From a virus (taxonomy: Duplodnaviria; Caudoviricetes), in the IMG/VR virus record IMGVR_UViG_3300022666_000296, positions 634-64,633 of that record: a stretch of 64,000 nucleotides of DNA. One strand, written 5' to 3'. The stretch's first letter is position 1. Every line of letters starts with the position of its first letter. The translations under genes were made by a program, and so were the position numbers. Of this stretch, positions 27,538 to 37,471 are shown piece after piece. Below the pieces are notes generated by a model. The model worked only from the letters and a program-made list of their open reading frames with translations. It was not told where the DNA came from and did no database searches.

Positions 27538-28836
27538 CTAAGCCTTGACCTTCAGGACGTAGAACGCTTCAGGCAGCACACACATGCCGTCAACTTCCTT
27601 GCGCCCAATGAAACCAGTCTGGTTGCTCTCTGCGTAGAGCTCCACCAGCCGTTGGATGCTCATCTGCAGTGCATCCACGATCCAGTAGTAGGAGAAATCT
27701 CCCACCGCAGCCACAACCGCGTTGGACTCCCAGGCGTCGTTCGCATCCAGACCATCATCGAAGCGATCCGAGGTCTCATACGGGATGTCAAGGATGGTGC
27801 CAGGAGAACCGATCTGCAGGCCCGGCTGCCAGATATAGGCGCCGTCGCCGGTCTTCATCAAGCGCACCTTGCGGATGAACGCACGATTAGCCAGAATGCG
27901 GGTGCTGGGTGCACCAGCATAGGCAGCCGGCAGGCGATAGACGAAGTTGATCACATCGTCCGCGGTGACGGTATTGGCGGCAGCAGTCGTATACACCGGC
28001 AGACCCGAGGTCTGCAACAAGCCCTGTGGGCTGTTGGCCCCCGTGCCATTGATGAACGCATGCTCCTCGGGCACCGCAAACTTGTACGCCATGCGATCGC
28101 GCACATAGCCCTCGACATCGAAGGTCGGCAGCCGGAGGAACGTGTTGCTCACCTTCACGCGCTTAGCCAGCGGCTTGGGCATCAACCGGCGCTGTCCGAA
28201 AGGTTCCTGCGAATCCGTATTGCCCGTGCCCACTTCTGTGGTCCAGGTCGCGTCACTGAACAGGCTCTCCTCGGTCGGCACAATCACCGCGCCACTTGGC
28301 ACCGGAGGCATCACCCCGCAGATGCGGCGCATCGCCGAGATTTCCTTCGCCTTGGCCACCAGACCCGCATAGTAGTTATCCTGTACCAGATACCCACCTG
28401 CAGGCGCCGTTCCGGCCAGCAACGTCTTGCGCATCAAGTCGGGAAGCTCGCGCTCACCCTTGCGCATATAGCCGCGCATCGCATGACCGTAGTCCTTGCC
28501 CGCCTGCGCCCAGTACGACGGGAATGGCAGAAACTGGCGCATCTCCTCGAGTTCATCGCGCTCCAACACCCGGTCGCCAACCTTGATCTGCACGCCCTCG
28601 AAACTGCCATGCTCGAACATCTTGGGGGCATCCATGGGTGCCTGCAGCGCCTTCTCCGTCTCCTCGGCGCGCTCCAGGCGCTTGGCTTGCGAGGTCAACT
28701 CCTCCACCCGATCCAATAGTTGGTCCACCTGCGCCGACTTTTCGGCGCTCAGTTCGCCATCGCCCAGCAGGGCCGTGGCCTGCGCATGCAATTGCGCCGC
28801 CTCATCATACAACTTACGAATCTTGCTCATGTCCAC
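27538..28836 (-). CDS. HK97-fold major capsid protein with N-terminal delta domain
   Basis: Coiled-coil N-terminus, GGYLV, EEHAFINGTG..PQGLL, VGDFSYY, IGRKEVDG. Confidence 0.95.
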   Translation of the reverse strand: MDMSKIRKLYDEAAQLHAQATALLGDGELSAEKSAQVDQLLDRVEELTSQAKRLERAEETEKALQAPMDAPKMFEHGSFEGVQIKVGDRVLERDELEEMRQFLPFPSYWAQAGKDYGHAMRGYMRKGERELPDLMRKTLLAGTAPAGGYLVQDNYYAGLVAKAKEISAMRRICGVMPPVPSGAVIVPTEESLFSDATWTTEVGTGNTDSQEPFGQRRLMPKPLAKRVKVSNTFLRLPTFDVEGYVRDRMAYKFAVPEEHAFINGTGANSPQGLLQTSGLPVYTTAAANTVTADDVINFVYRLPAAYAGAPSTRILANRAFIRKVRLMKTGDGAYIWQPGLQIGSPGTILDIPYETSDRFDDGLDANDAWESNAVVAAVGDFSYYWIVDALQMSIQRLVELYAESNQTGFIGRKEVDGMCVLPEAFYVLKVKA

Positions 28837-28840
28837 AAAC

Positions 28841-28869
28841 CTCCTTGCTATTTCAGCTTTATCAGATTT
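28841..28869. repeat. Degenerate site S6 CTCCTTGCTAT-TTCAGCT-TTATCAGATTT
   Basis: Overlaps the capsid RBS; adjoins a 20-bp tandem duplication. Confidence 0.45.
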
Positions 28870-28901
28870 AACTTACGGCAATCAGATTGAACTTACGGCA
28901 A
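28862..28901 (+). repeat. 20-bp tandem duplication TCAGATT(T/G)AACTTACGGCAA x2
   Basis: Read directly from the sequence; includes the stop codon of the upstream gene. Confidence 0.8.
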
Positions 28902-29582
28902 CCCTATCAAGTACCAATGCACGCTCACCCCGCTGTCGCCAGCACTGCCGTCCTCTTTGTACACATAGATGGACACAGTCGCGCCGTTGATCTTTACCGA
29001 ACACAACTGCTCCTCGTTGTCTACCAGCTCCCCTGCCAGCGTGCATATGCCCACAACGGGCGTTGTCAGACCGTGCACCACATTCGCCGTAGCTGTGATG
29101 ACGTCAGATCCCCACTTAGCTTGGAAGCCAGAATCGGTATAGCCGATCGGGTAGAGATTGTTGGGCCCATAGTTGATCGCGGCCCCAGACACATCCAGCG
29201 TTCCGGTGACCACCACATTATCATGAATCGTAGTGCCGCTCGAACCGAGAATATCGCCTGTCAAATCACCAGTGACATCACCCGTGACATCACCTGTCAG
29301 ATCCCCTGTTACGTCACCCACGAACTCAATCGCTGTGATCGTGCCGAAGCTCGCCGTTCCAGCTACGCTCAGCGTACCGCCCGCATCAATGCGCATTTCG
29401 CCGCCGGAGCCACAGACCCACGTATCACCGCCATCTGCGCGGTAACATGCGCTGCTGTAATCTCCACCTTGCGCAATCTCCGGGCCATTCAATGCCAGCG
29501 CTAGCAATCCGAACAATACTGCTCCAATGATCAGTACTGCCGCTATTCGCTGGACCCATTCCCAACTCCGTTCACTCTTCAT
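28893..29582 (-). CDS. Fibre-like protein with N-terminal TM/signal and VTGD repeats
   Basis: Hydrophobic N-terminus; GDVTGDLTGDVTGDVTGDLTGD; small beta C-terminal domain. Confidence 0.65.
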   Translation of the reverse strand: MKSERSWEWVQRIAAVLIIGAVLFGLLALALNGPEIAQGGDYSSACYRADGGDTWVCGSGGEMRIDAGGTLSVAGTASFGTITAIEFVGDVTGDLTGDVTGDVTGDLTGDILGSSGTTIHDNVVVTGTLDVSGAAINYGPNNLYPIGYTDSGFQAKWGSDVITATANVVHGLTTPVVGICTLAGELVDNEEQLCSVKINGATVSIYVYKEDGSAGDSGVSVHWYLIGLP

Positions 29583-29655
29583 GTTCACCTGCCTCCTTCC
29601 GCATAGCCTAACTCTGACTGTGATTTCTGACTCGTAGCCATTCTTTGCGTACAAC

Positions 29656-30135
29656 TCACATAAGCACCTCCCACCCCTCCGGCGCTGCCGCCTCCGGAGA
29701 TGCCCCATGCAGCAACGCTCGCACCATCACGCTGCCCAAACGCCCGGCTGGACCGAGTGATCGCAGTTTGTCCCAAGTGCGTTTCCCACTGGAGATTACC
29801 GCAGTCGCTCCGCGTTCGATGAAGGCTCTGGGGAACGGCGTCTTTGCCCCGTAGCACCCCTCGAGAATCACGACCGTGCCATCACGTAGCCGTGGACCCG
29901 CAAGGATACCCTCCACATCCAATGCCGGGATTTCGGCGTCGCCCAATAGCACTCGCGCCTTCGGTGTCCCGTGCAGCGCGATATAGACCAGATCCACCTC
30001 AGCCAGCCGCGCATACGGGAACGTCTCTGCCGTCAATGGCGGGCACGTCAGCGGGCGCGTCATAATCCCAGCCAGCGCCAACCCCAACCAGTTGTTGAGC
30101 ACACTCGATTTGTAACAGTACACCAATGCCTTCAT
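29656..30135 (-). CDS. Stand-alone CHAT/caspase-like (clan CD-like) domain protein
   Basis: DLVYIALHG...VILEGCYG; paralogous to the N-terminus of 9937-11547. Confidence 0.55.
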   Translation of the reverse strand: MKALVYCYKSSVLNNWLGLALAGIMTRPLTCPPLTAETFPYARLAEVDLVYIALHGTPKARVLLGDAEIPALDVEGILAGPRLRDGTVVILEGCYGAKTPFPRAFIERGATAVISSGKRTWDKLRSLGPAGRLGSVMVRALLHGASPEAAAPEGWEVLM

Positions 30136-30141
30136 CGTTTT

Positions 30142-30170
30142 ACTTCCGCTAATAACGGCTTAGCAGAACT
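30142..30170. repeat. dif-like site S7 ACTTCCGCTAA-TAACGGC-TTAGCAGAACT
   Basis: Fills the gap between the peptidase and CHAT genes. Confidence 0.85.
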
Positions 30171-31290
30171 AACGTTCGCGCCGTATGAGCCATTCCCGGT
30201 AGATCAGCAATGCCACACAAACCACGAAGATACCAATCAGGATGTTCCGCACCCAGATGCGCCAGCTAGACCCGAGAAAACTCTGCGCGTAGATCGTGCT
30301 CCACGATTCTGCCGTCTCACCGGTCACACGGCGCCACACTTCCAGGAACTGTGTACCATCGGCCATGCCAGCCTGCAGCGCCCGCAGCTGCTCCAACCCC
30401 AGCGCCTCGACCATGTCAAATGCCTGCGCGTACCACAGCGCAGTCTCTGCATCCGTGCGCGGATACTCGCCCATCCAGCACGCCGAAATCAGCGTCTCAT
30501 CCTGCGCCGCCTGCCGGATCAACTGTCGTGATTCTATACGCGCCTGCTTACCCTCGGCCAGCACGGCTAAACCTTCGGTAAACCACGCGGGCACGTCCTG
30601 GCGCTCTGCCGTTGGATCGTACAAGTGCATGATCTCGTGCGGCACGGTGCGCGTCACAAACTCCTCCACCTCTGCATGCCCCAACCATTGCAGTGTGACG
30701 CCCCAGCTGGGCTTTGCCACACCATAGCCGCCTTCAGTCGCCAGCATGGCGTAATCCCACTCTGTAACGACAACCACGATGCGTGGGCGCGCCTCCACCT
30801 GGCGTGCTGTGTCTCCGAGAATCCGTTGCGCGTTGAGTACCGCGGCATCGCCAGCCGTCGCGATCTGCGCCAGTGTCGCCGTGCTCAGTTGCGCGCCATA
30901 CACGTCGCAGAGCTCCCCGGCCACATGCTGCCACTCTCGGAAGTCGCTCGCCGGGTCAGGGCGGTCGTAACTCACCCACGCTGTAGACCAGGGCTCACCC
31001 TGACGCGGGATACCATTCCAGGCGTAACGCAGCTCCGCCATGACCGGAACCTCAGACACATCGAAACGCGCCATCCAGGTAGCGCCATCACGTTGGGCGC
31101 GAATCTCCGTCTGGGTCTGTCTGCCCCACGGTGTCTCGATGAGCAGCGTTGCCGCTCCATCAGGGCCCGCCAGGCGAAAGACCAATTCATCCCGTTCAGG
31201 CGCATACGCCACCTCTGGGAACGTCAATCCCTCGGCTTGCACTGGTAGAGCCAACGCTAACAACACGCACAACAACAGTAATCGTCTCAT
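30169..31290 (-). CDS. Exported gluzincin (peptidase MA-like) with C-terminal TM anchor
   Basis: Signal peptide MRRLLLLCVLLALALPVQA; HEIMH...WFTEGLA; C-terminal TM helix. Confidence 0.8.
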   Translation of the reverse strand: MRRLLLLCVLLALALPVQAEGLTFPEVAYAPERDELVFRLAGPDGAATLLIETPWGRQTQTEIRAQRDGATWMARFDVSEVPVMAELRYAWNGIPRQGEPWSTAWVSYDRPDPASDFREWQHVAGELCDVYGAQLSTATLAQIATAGDAAVLNAQRILGDTARQVEARPRIVVVVTEWDYAMLATEGGYGVAKPSWGVTLQWLGHAEVEEFVTRTVPHEIMHLYDPTAERQDVPAWFTEGLAVLAEGKQARIESRQLIRQAAQDETLISACWMGEYPRTDAETALWYAQAFDMVEALGLEQLRALQAGMADGTQFLEVWRRVTGETAESWSTIYAQSFLGSSWRIWVRNILIGIFVVCVALLIYREWLIRRER

Positions 31291-31748
31291 GCCTGCCACT
31301 CCCGCGCCAATGCCTGTATGGCCCGCCTATAACGGCTCTTGGTGGCATCCAGGCTAATTCCTAAAATCTCCGCACATTCTGAAAATTGAAAGCCCGCCCA
31401 AAACCGTAGCCAGATAATCCGCGTGTACTCCGGCTTCAGCGACCAAAGCAATACCCGTAACAGCCGAGCCTCATCGCTATCGACGCAACCGTCGACGGTT
31501 TCTTCGATCTCGTCGACATCCACCACGGCGTGCCTGCGCCGGTAGAAATCCGCGATCTTAAAGCGCATGATGCGCGCCATCCACACCTGTGGCGCTGCGT
31601 CACCGCGATAACCCGGTAAGCTCTCCAACGCCGCCAGCAGCGTCTCTTGGACGATGTCATCTACTGCGTCCCACGGCACACGCCGTGCTGCTTGGCGCCG
31701 TAACGCGGTCATCAGGTCATGGAACCTGATAGTATAGGAGTCGTACAT
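31287..31748 (-). CDS. ECF-type sigma-70 factor
   Basis: Region 2 (DDIVQETLLAAL...WMARIMR) and region 4 (SECAEILGISLDATKSRYRRA). Confidence 0.85.
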   Translation of the reverse strand: MYDSYTIRFHDLMTALRRQAARRVPWDAVDDIVQETLLAALESLPGYRGDAAPQVWMARIMRFKIADFYRRRHAVVDVDEIEETVDGCVDSDEARLLRVLLWSLKPEYTRIIWLRFWAGFQFSECAEILGISLDATKSRYRRAIQALAREWQA

Positions 31749-33243
31749 TCGTCAGCACTCCAGTGATCGTGATCGGAGCCGTGTACGTGAACGTCATGCC
31801 GTCCACAATGACCGGTCCATCGAGCGTCATCCCGGCGCCGGAGGTGTCCATCCTGACGCCGCCCTGCGCCCGGATGTTGAATGTGTCAGGAGCCTGGCTC
31901 TCATAATCCGCCTCCTGCGAGTCTGCCCAGACGAACGCCCCCTTATGCAGCGCCTTGGCGCGCGTGCCGGCAGCGAAACTGCTCTCTCCAGACGCGGTAT
32001 TCGATTGGCCTCCAGGAATAACACTGTACAGGCCCGTGACGGTATTGGTGATTCCACCGCCAATGAAGCCATAAGTTGACGTGATGGTATTGCTATGACC
32101 GCCAGCGATTGCCGAGGCCTGTGCTGTAATGCCCTCGATGGTATTCTCTGTACCGCCGCCGATGAACGCAAAACCATCAGTCTGGCAATACAGATTAACA
32201 CCCTCCTCAACCCCCAGGTTGGAAACATAGGCGTTCGAGATGTAGTTCCACTTACCGCCAACCACGGTGTTGTATGTGCTCGGGCAGGCGATAGTCAGAG
32301 TCGTGGTAATACAGCCTTCCGTGTCATACAGCTCCCATGGCGCAGTTACCGTGCGCTGATGGTAGCCTGCCACCCAGTTCTCGTAACCCGAGCCGATAAA
32401 ACTGTAGGCATCGCCAATCGCGTTGTAGCCACCTCCGGCGATGGTCGAGAAGTCTCCAGATGCGGAGCCATTCATATCATCCAGAAACGAGTACGGCCAC
32501 CGGTGCTCTGGGAGAGAGCCTTGAACACCTCCGCTATAGAAACCGTGACCGTCGCGTCCGGTGCCGATAGTGTTCAACTCACCGCCGAGGATAGCCTGCC
32601 CAGAACCTGGCGCCGTGTAGTTGTAAGCGCCGCCGGCGATAACCGCATCAGTGCTGCTATCAATCCAGTTGGCAAAACCGCCGCCAATGACACTCTCGAT
32701 GCCCCCAATGGCATTGCCATTTCCGCCACCAATGGTGGATAGTTGTCCACTCACGCTGTTTGTTGCTCCGCCGCCGATCACGCCGTAGTAGGCATACTGG
32801 AATATGCGGTTCCCGGCGCCTCCGCCAACGGCGCCCCAGTTGCCCACCACATTGTTCGCTGTGCCACCGCTGATAGCCGCATAGTTACCGGTGATCGTAT
32901 TGATGCCGAGAGCCCAGTTGTTTGGATCCGCTACACGTCCGCCACCCGCAATCACCGAGCCGTAGTTGCTGCCGCCAATCGCATTGCCCGTGTAACCGCC
33001 AGTGATGTTGGGGCTGTTCACTGCCCCGGCCACCGTCAAACCGCCACTCGTCACTTGGGCACGCACCGTATCACTCAGCGAATCGCGGATCACGCCCGTG
33101 CCGTAGATGTCCACGTCACCGCCGACCGTGATCTTGTCGAAGTAGTTGCCGCCGCTCTGCGCCGTCACCATGCCGCCGCTTGCGACGATCACGATTACGG
33201 CAACCATAATCAGGGAGAAAATCGTTCGTCCCCACTGCTTCAT
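31717..33243 (-). CDS. Exported Gly-rich beta-repeat (YadA head-like) adhesin/fibre protein
   Basis: Signal-like N-terminus; many GGxxNxxxGxxSxIxGG repeats; GAFVWAD. Confidence 0.7.
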   Translation of the reverse strand: MKQWGRTIFSLIMVAVIVIVASGGMVTAQSGGNYFDKITVGGDVDIYGTGVIRDSLSDTVRAQVTSGGLTVAGAVNSPNITGGYTGNAIGGSNYGSVIAGGGRVADPNNWALGINTITGNYAAISGGTANNVVGNWGAVGGGAGNRIFQYAYYGVIGGGATNSVSGQLSTIGGGNGNAIGGIESVIGGGFANWIDSSTDAVIAGGAYNYTAPGSGQAILGGELNTIGTGRDGHGFYSGGVQGSLPEHRWPYSFLDDMNGSASGDFSTIAGGGYNAIGDAYSFIGSGYENWVAGYHQRTVTAPWELYDTEGCITTTLTIACPSTYNTVVGGKWNYISNAYVSNLGVEEGVNLYCQTDGFAFIGGGTENTIEGITAQASAIAGGHSNTITSTYGFIGGGITNTVTGLYSVIPGGQSNTASGESSFAAGTRAKALHKGAFVWADSQEADYESQAPDTFNIRAQGGVRMDTSGAGMTLDGPVIVDGMTFTYTAPITITGVLTNVRLLYYQVP

Positions 33244-33659
33244 TGCTCACCTCCAACCAGGTCCTGGAATTGCGCGATGATGCCCGGTCCCCACACAATC
33301 TGCATCGCTTCAATCAGAATGTCATATTCGGCTTGCGTAATCTCCGTAGCGCGCCCCTCGTGAAACAGATTCACCATAGTGAAACACTCCATCCGTACTT
33401 GCTCGGACACTTGTGGATTGTTCACCTGATACCAAAGCGCGTCCTGAATGACCTGGCGCACTGTCAGATTCTGCGGACCAATCCCGTTCAACTGATCGTG
33501 ATACCGCAACATCACCTGCGTCATATCTATATAGATTGTCTCAGGATCACCCTGAGCAATCTCTACATCGACTGCTTGGAGTGCCGCGATAGCCACACCG
33601 CCAGCGACGCATGCAATCAACAACGCGATGACTACAATAGCCTTCCATCCCGCGGTCAT
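33240..33659 (-). CDS. Hypothetical exported/membrane protein
   Basis: N-terminal hydrophobic helix; overlaps both neighbours by 4 nt. Confidence 0.6.
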   Translation of the reverse strand: MTAGWKAIVVIALLIACVAGGVAIAALQAVDVEIAQGDPETIYIDMTQVMLRYHDQLNGIGPQNLTVRQVIQDALWYQVNNPQVSEQVRMECFTMVNLFHEGRATEITQAEYDILIEAMQIVWGPGIIAQFQDLVGGEQ

Positions 33660-34072
33660 TGCTCTGGTTCCTCCAGCATGGTGTACTCAATGAGTACATA
33701 GCCTTCGCCCTGAGTTGCGCCGCCATGATCCCAGGTAAAGAGAATGGGCATCTCTGTCGGCACATAGATGGGTCCACCAGCTATTTCGGTCGCACCAGCA
33801 AAAGCCAGAGAGAGATTATGCTGATAGTTCTTAATCAATAGATCCAGGCTATCAGAGCGTCCAGCAGCGAACAACGAGATGATGTTCCAAGGTGTTTCCC
33901 GCACAACAATGCGCTTTGTGATCACGCTGTTGGCTGGGATGGTCGCAACGACACCGCTAGTTGACTGATACGAAATCGGGACTTTCAATTCCAGGTGCTG
34001 CGATGTAGAATACCCGATCACGCTGGCCTGAATCTGCAACTGCGAATGATGATGGGCTCCTGATATAGGCAT
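33656..34072 (-). CDS. Hypothetical beta-rich protein
   Basis: 138 aa ORF with RBS, within the operon. Confidence 0.55.
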   Translation of the reverse strand: MPISGAHHHSQLQIQASVIGYSTSQHLELKVPISYQSTSGVVATIPANSVITKRIVVRETPWNIISLFAAGRSDSLDLLIKNYQHNLSLAFAGATEIAGGPIYVPTEMPILFTWDHGGATQGEGYVLIEYTMLEEPEQ

Positions 34073-34081
34073 GACTTCCTC

Positions 34082-34408
34082 CTACCACTCAAGCGTCACA
34101 AGCACTATAGCTTCAACAGCCGCTCCTGCATCCAGGATGAACTGCATTGCCTTGAGGTTCACATTTCCAAGTACTTCCAGCGGCGGCGCAGCATCCATCG
34201 GTAGTAGGTGCCCAACTTCTGTTGTCGGGGCCACGCCATCATAGCGGTAGCGCACTGCCGCCTTGGTTGCCGTGATCAGTGCACGCTCTGCATTAACCAA
34301 CTGTGTCGCTGTGAAGCCGAAGTCATTTGCCAGAGACACTACCGCTCCAGAGGTAACAGTGACACCGCTGCTGCCAGCGTTGCCAATGGTCGTCATTACA
34401 TTTGCCAT
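34082..34408 (-). CDS. Hypothetical small beta-protein
   Basis: 108 aa; VRYRYDGVAPT..VGHLL; GGAGG RBS. Confidence 0.6.
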   Translation of the reverse strand: MANVMTTIGNAGSSGVTVTSGAVVSLANDFGFTATQLVNAERALITATKAAVRYRYDGVAPTTEVGHLLPMDAAPPLEVLGNVNLKAMQFILDAGAAVEAIVLVTLEW

Positions 34409-34419
34409 CCCTCCACCTC

Positions 34420-35127
34420 CTACAGCCGCAGCGCCAGCTCTGCCGCGCGTAACCTGCGCCGCAGCGCGTCGGCCTTCACCACGGGTGCAGTCAACACCTC
34501 AGCTACACCCTCGACGCTGTTGGCTACCTCGTTGCGTTGCTCAGGTGTCGCCGTCACCAACAAACGCCCGGCCTTCAATTCCTCGACCAACGCCACCAGC
34601 GCCTTCACACTCTCACTGAGCGCAATAGCACGTGCCTCTGGCTCGAAGCCCAGCACCGTTTTCACCGCCCGCAACTCGGTAAGCGGGTTCATTCCCAACG
34701 GAACCGGACTGATCTCGTATAGGTCCACGCGCTTCAGATGCCGGATCCCGTTCTCGGCGTAGTCATAGTCTTTCGCCCGGTAACCGATACTGCCCTCTGT
34801 GAGCGCGCTATCCCTCATCAACTCCCATACCTCGCGCCCCCAGAAGGTGCCCAGTGAGAGTCGACCCTTCGCATACAAGCCCGTCTCATCTTCAACCAGC
34901 ATATCCGGTGTCGGTCCGATCAATTTATCCCAATCGTGCGCGTAGAAGACCTTGATTCGACCCGCCCGCTTGACCAGTGTCTCCGCAAACGCACCGGGGT
35001 GAATCACATCCATCCCATCGTCAACGTTGTCGAAGACGCTGAAATGCCCTTCGTAAATCCCCTGGTCGCCATCAGCCTTGAACTGCGAGGCTGCTGCCTT
35101 GTATTCCATAACCTCTGTTTCTTCCAC
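34420..35127 (-). CDS. HK97-family prohead maturation protease
   Basis: FEGHFSVFDNVD-like N-terminus, HDW, EGSIGY, LYEISPVPLGMN. Confidence 0.9.
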   Translation of the reverse strand: MEETEVMEYKAAASQFKADGDQGIYEGHFSVFDNVDDGMDVIHPGAFAETLVKRAGRIKVFYAHDWDKLIGPTPDMLVEDETGLYAKGRLSLGTFWGREVWELMRDSALTEGSIGYRAKDYDYAENGIRHLKRVDLYEISPVPLGMNPLTELRAVKTVLGFEPEARAIALSESVKALVALVEELKAGRLLVTATPEQRNEVANSVEGVAEVLTAPVVKADALRRRLRAAELALRL

Positions 35128-35132
35128 TTCAC

Positions 35133-35160
35133 ACCTCCGTTAAGTGTCCTTAACCGCTAT
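35133..35160. repeat. Degenerate site S8 ACCTCCGTTAA-GTGTCC-TTAACCGCTAT (6-bp spacer)
   Basis: Intergenic portal/protease; overlaps the RBS. Confidence 0.5.
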
Positions 35161-35212
35161 TTCTGTCTGCCTATGGAGTCTCTTCTGGGCTCCTCAAAAC
35201 CAATACTGACTT

Positions 35213-37423
35213 CTAGCCAAACGGGCACTTTCCCGCAGCCTCCGCTGCCGCAATCGCGCCTTCGTCCACCGGCGCATCGAACTCTGGTGCAAATGCCCTG
35301 ACACAGTTGGGGTGGCAGAGCGCATGCCCCTTCGCCCAACTTATCGGCACTACCTTGCCATTAATCGCCCGACAAAACTCGTGCGAGTTCTCGAAACCAT
35401 CATCCAGCACCAACACCCGCTCCACACCCGCATTGACATAGCGTGTGTACGTCGTGCGATTCTGCGCCGTTCCCAACTCTGTGCGGGCGATCATTCGCGC
35501 CCGCTGCTCCGCAGTAATGTGTATCAGGCGTCCCTGCGGGTTCCGATATGTCAGCCCGCTAACGGTATCCCGCAGGCCTGGAATCCCGGCCTCCGGATCG
35601 CCGCTCACAATATGATCAATGCTCCAGCCGCGCTGATAACCTTCGGATAGCAACTCCCGTACCCCATTGCGCGTGGTATCACTGATCAATGTGATCCGCT
35701 CACCCAACGTCTGTACCAACGCCACCACCGCCGGATCGTTGCGGTTGAAACTCAATGTCGTATCGAGAGCATAATTCCAGGTGTCCCACGATTCCGCCAA
35801 TATCTCATACGACCAGAACGTGAACACATGCAGCAAATCGCCAAAATCGGCGTCGTCGAACAGCCCCGGTAGCGTCAACTGTTGCGCCTTGGAAGACAGT
35901 GCCTCCAACCCACACACAGTAGTTGGGTCAAATTGCCCTGGTTCCCATCCGGCGAGCTTCCATTCCAACACGGAGGCACGCACACCCGCTTCCGTCAATG
36001 CTCTGGCCCGCTCCATCACCCGCGACGCCAGGTCATGGAAGAAACGCTCAACCTCTGCTGCCATCTGCAACTCGGCGCCTTTGCGAATGCTCTGCAAGAT
36101 CCGTCCAACCTGTAGCGCGCGCTGGCGCCGCGCCTCTTGTGTTGTCTCTGCCTTGATCGCCTTAGCCTCTTCTCGTGAATCTAGCGAGGCTTTACCAGAC
36201 CCCGCCATCAATGCCGGTTCCGTAATCGTGCTAAACCCCACGAGGAACACATCCCCGTCAGCAGTTTCCGCTAACCCCAATTCCGCGCGCGCCTCGTTGC
36301 GGGTCATGTACCCACCACGCACCGCGCGATCCACAAAATCGCCCAGCTCTAGCCGTCGTCCCTGCAGCGCCACCACAGCGCGCGTATCAAACTGCACTTC
36401 GACGTTATCCTCAAGGCCAAAATCATCGCGCAGACCGTGCGTGATCGTATCGTCAAAACGATCCCACATGGGAATCAATGTTTGCTCCGTGAAATAACGT
36501 AGCATCCCCTGCACGTTGTCATAGGTCATGTGCTGCAAGCCCACATACAGCAGCGCCACGGTCGGGGGAACCTTGAACGCCGCACAAATCCGGCTCTCCG
36601 GGATATTGCGCATCGCTTCTGCAGCCAGTTTGTTGATGTCGAAACTCAGCTGCTTGATATCCACCCCGCCTTCCAGAATGGCAGGTTTCCCGCGATTATC
36701 TCCGCCGTATTGCTCGACCCATTCTTGCTTCATGCGCCGCATCTGATAATCTTGCAGGATTACATTCGCCGGCGCGATCAGCGCCAGCGGCGGTACGGCA
36801 TTGTTCTTCAGCAGCGCAAACGTGTAATCCGTCATCTCGCTGTCGAGATCAGTCTCGCGCGCCACTGACACCAACGGTGCCAATCCGCGCCAGGGCTGCA
36901 GCGGGTCCACCGCCCACTTGAAGTGAATCACCCGCTCCCGCGGGATTTCGTCCATCTTCACGCCCTCGCCGTCGTACAGCTCGTAATAGCCGATCAAACG
37001 ACTGCCGCCGGCAACTGGCGTCATCTGCCCGTCGTGCAGAGGCCACAGTTCCACCACCTCATTACGGCGATTGACGACCTTCAACCAATAGCAATTCCCC
37101 CCGATGGCGAGATACGTCATCGTGTATTGCAGCAGCGACTTCAAACCCATATCCGGATTGGGACGATGTAGCAACTTCGCTAACGGGTGCAGCTCATCCG
37201 GCGAGCCATCGTTGTACACCCGCAACCGCGGTTCAGAGAACCCAAACGCCAGCGCCTGCACACAGGCGAACACCGCCGAATTCTTCTTATAACCATCGGT
37301 GACCAACGTCTGGAAGGCAATATCCATGAACGAGTGCCGCATCCAATTCGGAAACACCGCCACCCGCGTCGCCTTCATCAACGTCATTGCGGCCCACAGC
37401 CGCAGATTGTCCATCACCCGCAT
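35213..37423 (-). CDS. Portal protein fused to MuF (SPP1 gp7-like) domain
   Basis: HK97-type portal N-terminus (SAVFACV, PNPDM, ILEGGVDIKQL); C-terminal RARMIARTE...HPNCVR. Confidence 0.85.
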   Translation of the reverse strand: MRVMDNLRLWAAMTLMKATRVAVFPNWMRHSFMDIAFQTLVTDGYKKNSAVFACVQALAFGFSEPRLRVYNDGSPDELHPLAKLLHRPNPDMGLKSLLQYTMTYLAIGGNCYWLKVVNRRNEVVELWPLHDGQMTPVAGGSRLIGYYELYDGEGVKMDEIPRERVIHFKWAVDPLQPWRGLAPLVSVARETDLDSEMTDYTFALLKNNAVPPLALIAPANVILQDYQMRRMKQEWVEQYGGDNRGKPAILEGGVDIKQLSFDINKLAAEAMRNIPESRICAAFKVPPTVALLYVGLQHMTYDNVQGMLRYFTEQTLIPMWDRFDDTITHGLRDDFGLEDNVEVQFDTRAVVALQGRRLELGDFVDRAVRGGYMTRNEARAELGLAETADGDVFLVGFSTITEPALMAGSGKASLDSREEAKAIKAETTQEARRQRALQVGRILQSIRKGAELQMAAEVERFFHDLASRVMERARALTEAGVRASVLEWKLAGWEPGQFDPTTVCGLEALSSKAQQLTLPGLFDDADFGDLLHVFTFWSYEILAESWDTWNYALDTTLSFNRNDPAVVALVQTLGERITLISDTTRNGVRELLSEGYQRGWSIDHIVSGDPEAGIPGLRDTVSGLTYRNPQGRLIHITAEQRARMIARTELGTAQNRTTYTRYVNAGVERVLVLDDGFENSHEFCRAINGKVVPISWAKGHALCHPNCVRAFAPEFDAPVDEGAIAAAEAAGKCPFG

Positions 37424-37442
37424 AATGACTCCTGACCGTAAC

Positions 37443-37471
37443 AGTTCTGCTAACGCTTTCTTAGCAGCGCT
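37443..37471. repeat. dif-like site S9 AGTTCTGCTAA-CGCTTTC-TTAGCAGCGCT
   Basis: Between TerL and portal; inner 7-bp arms are perfectly symmetric. Confidence 0.9.
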
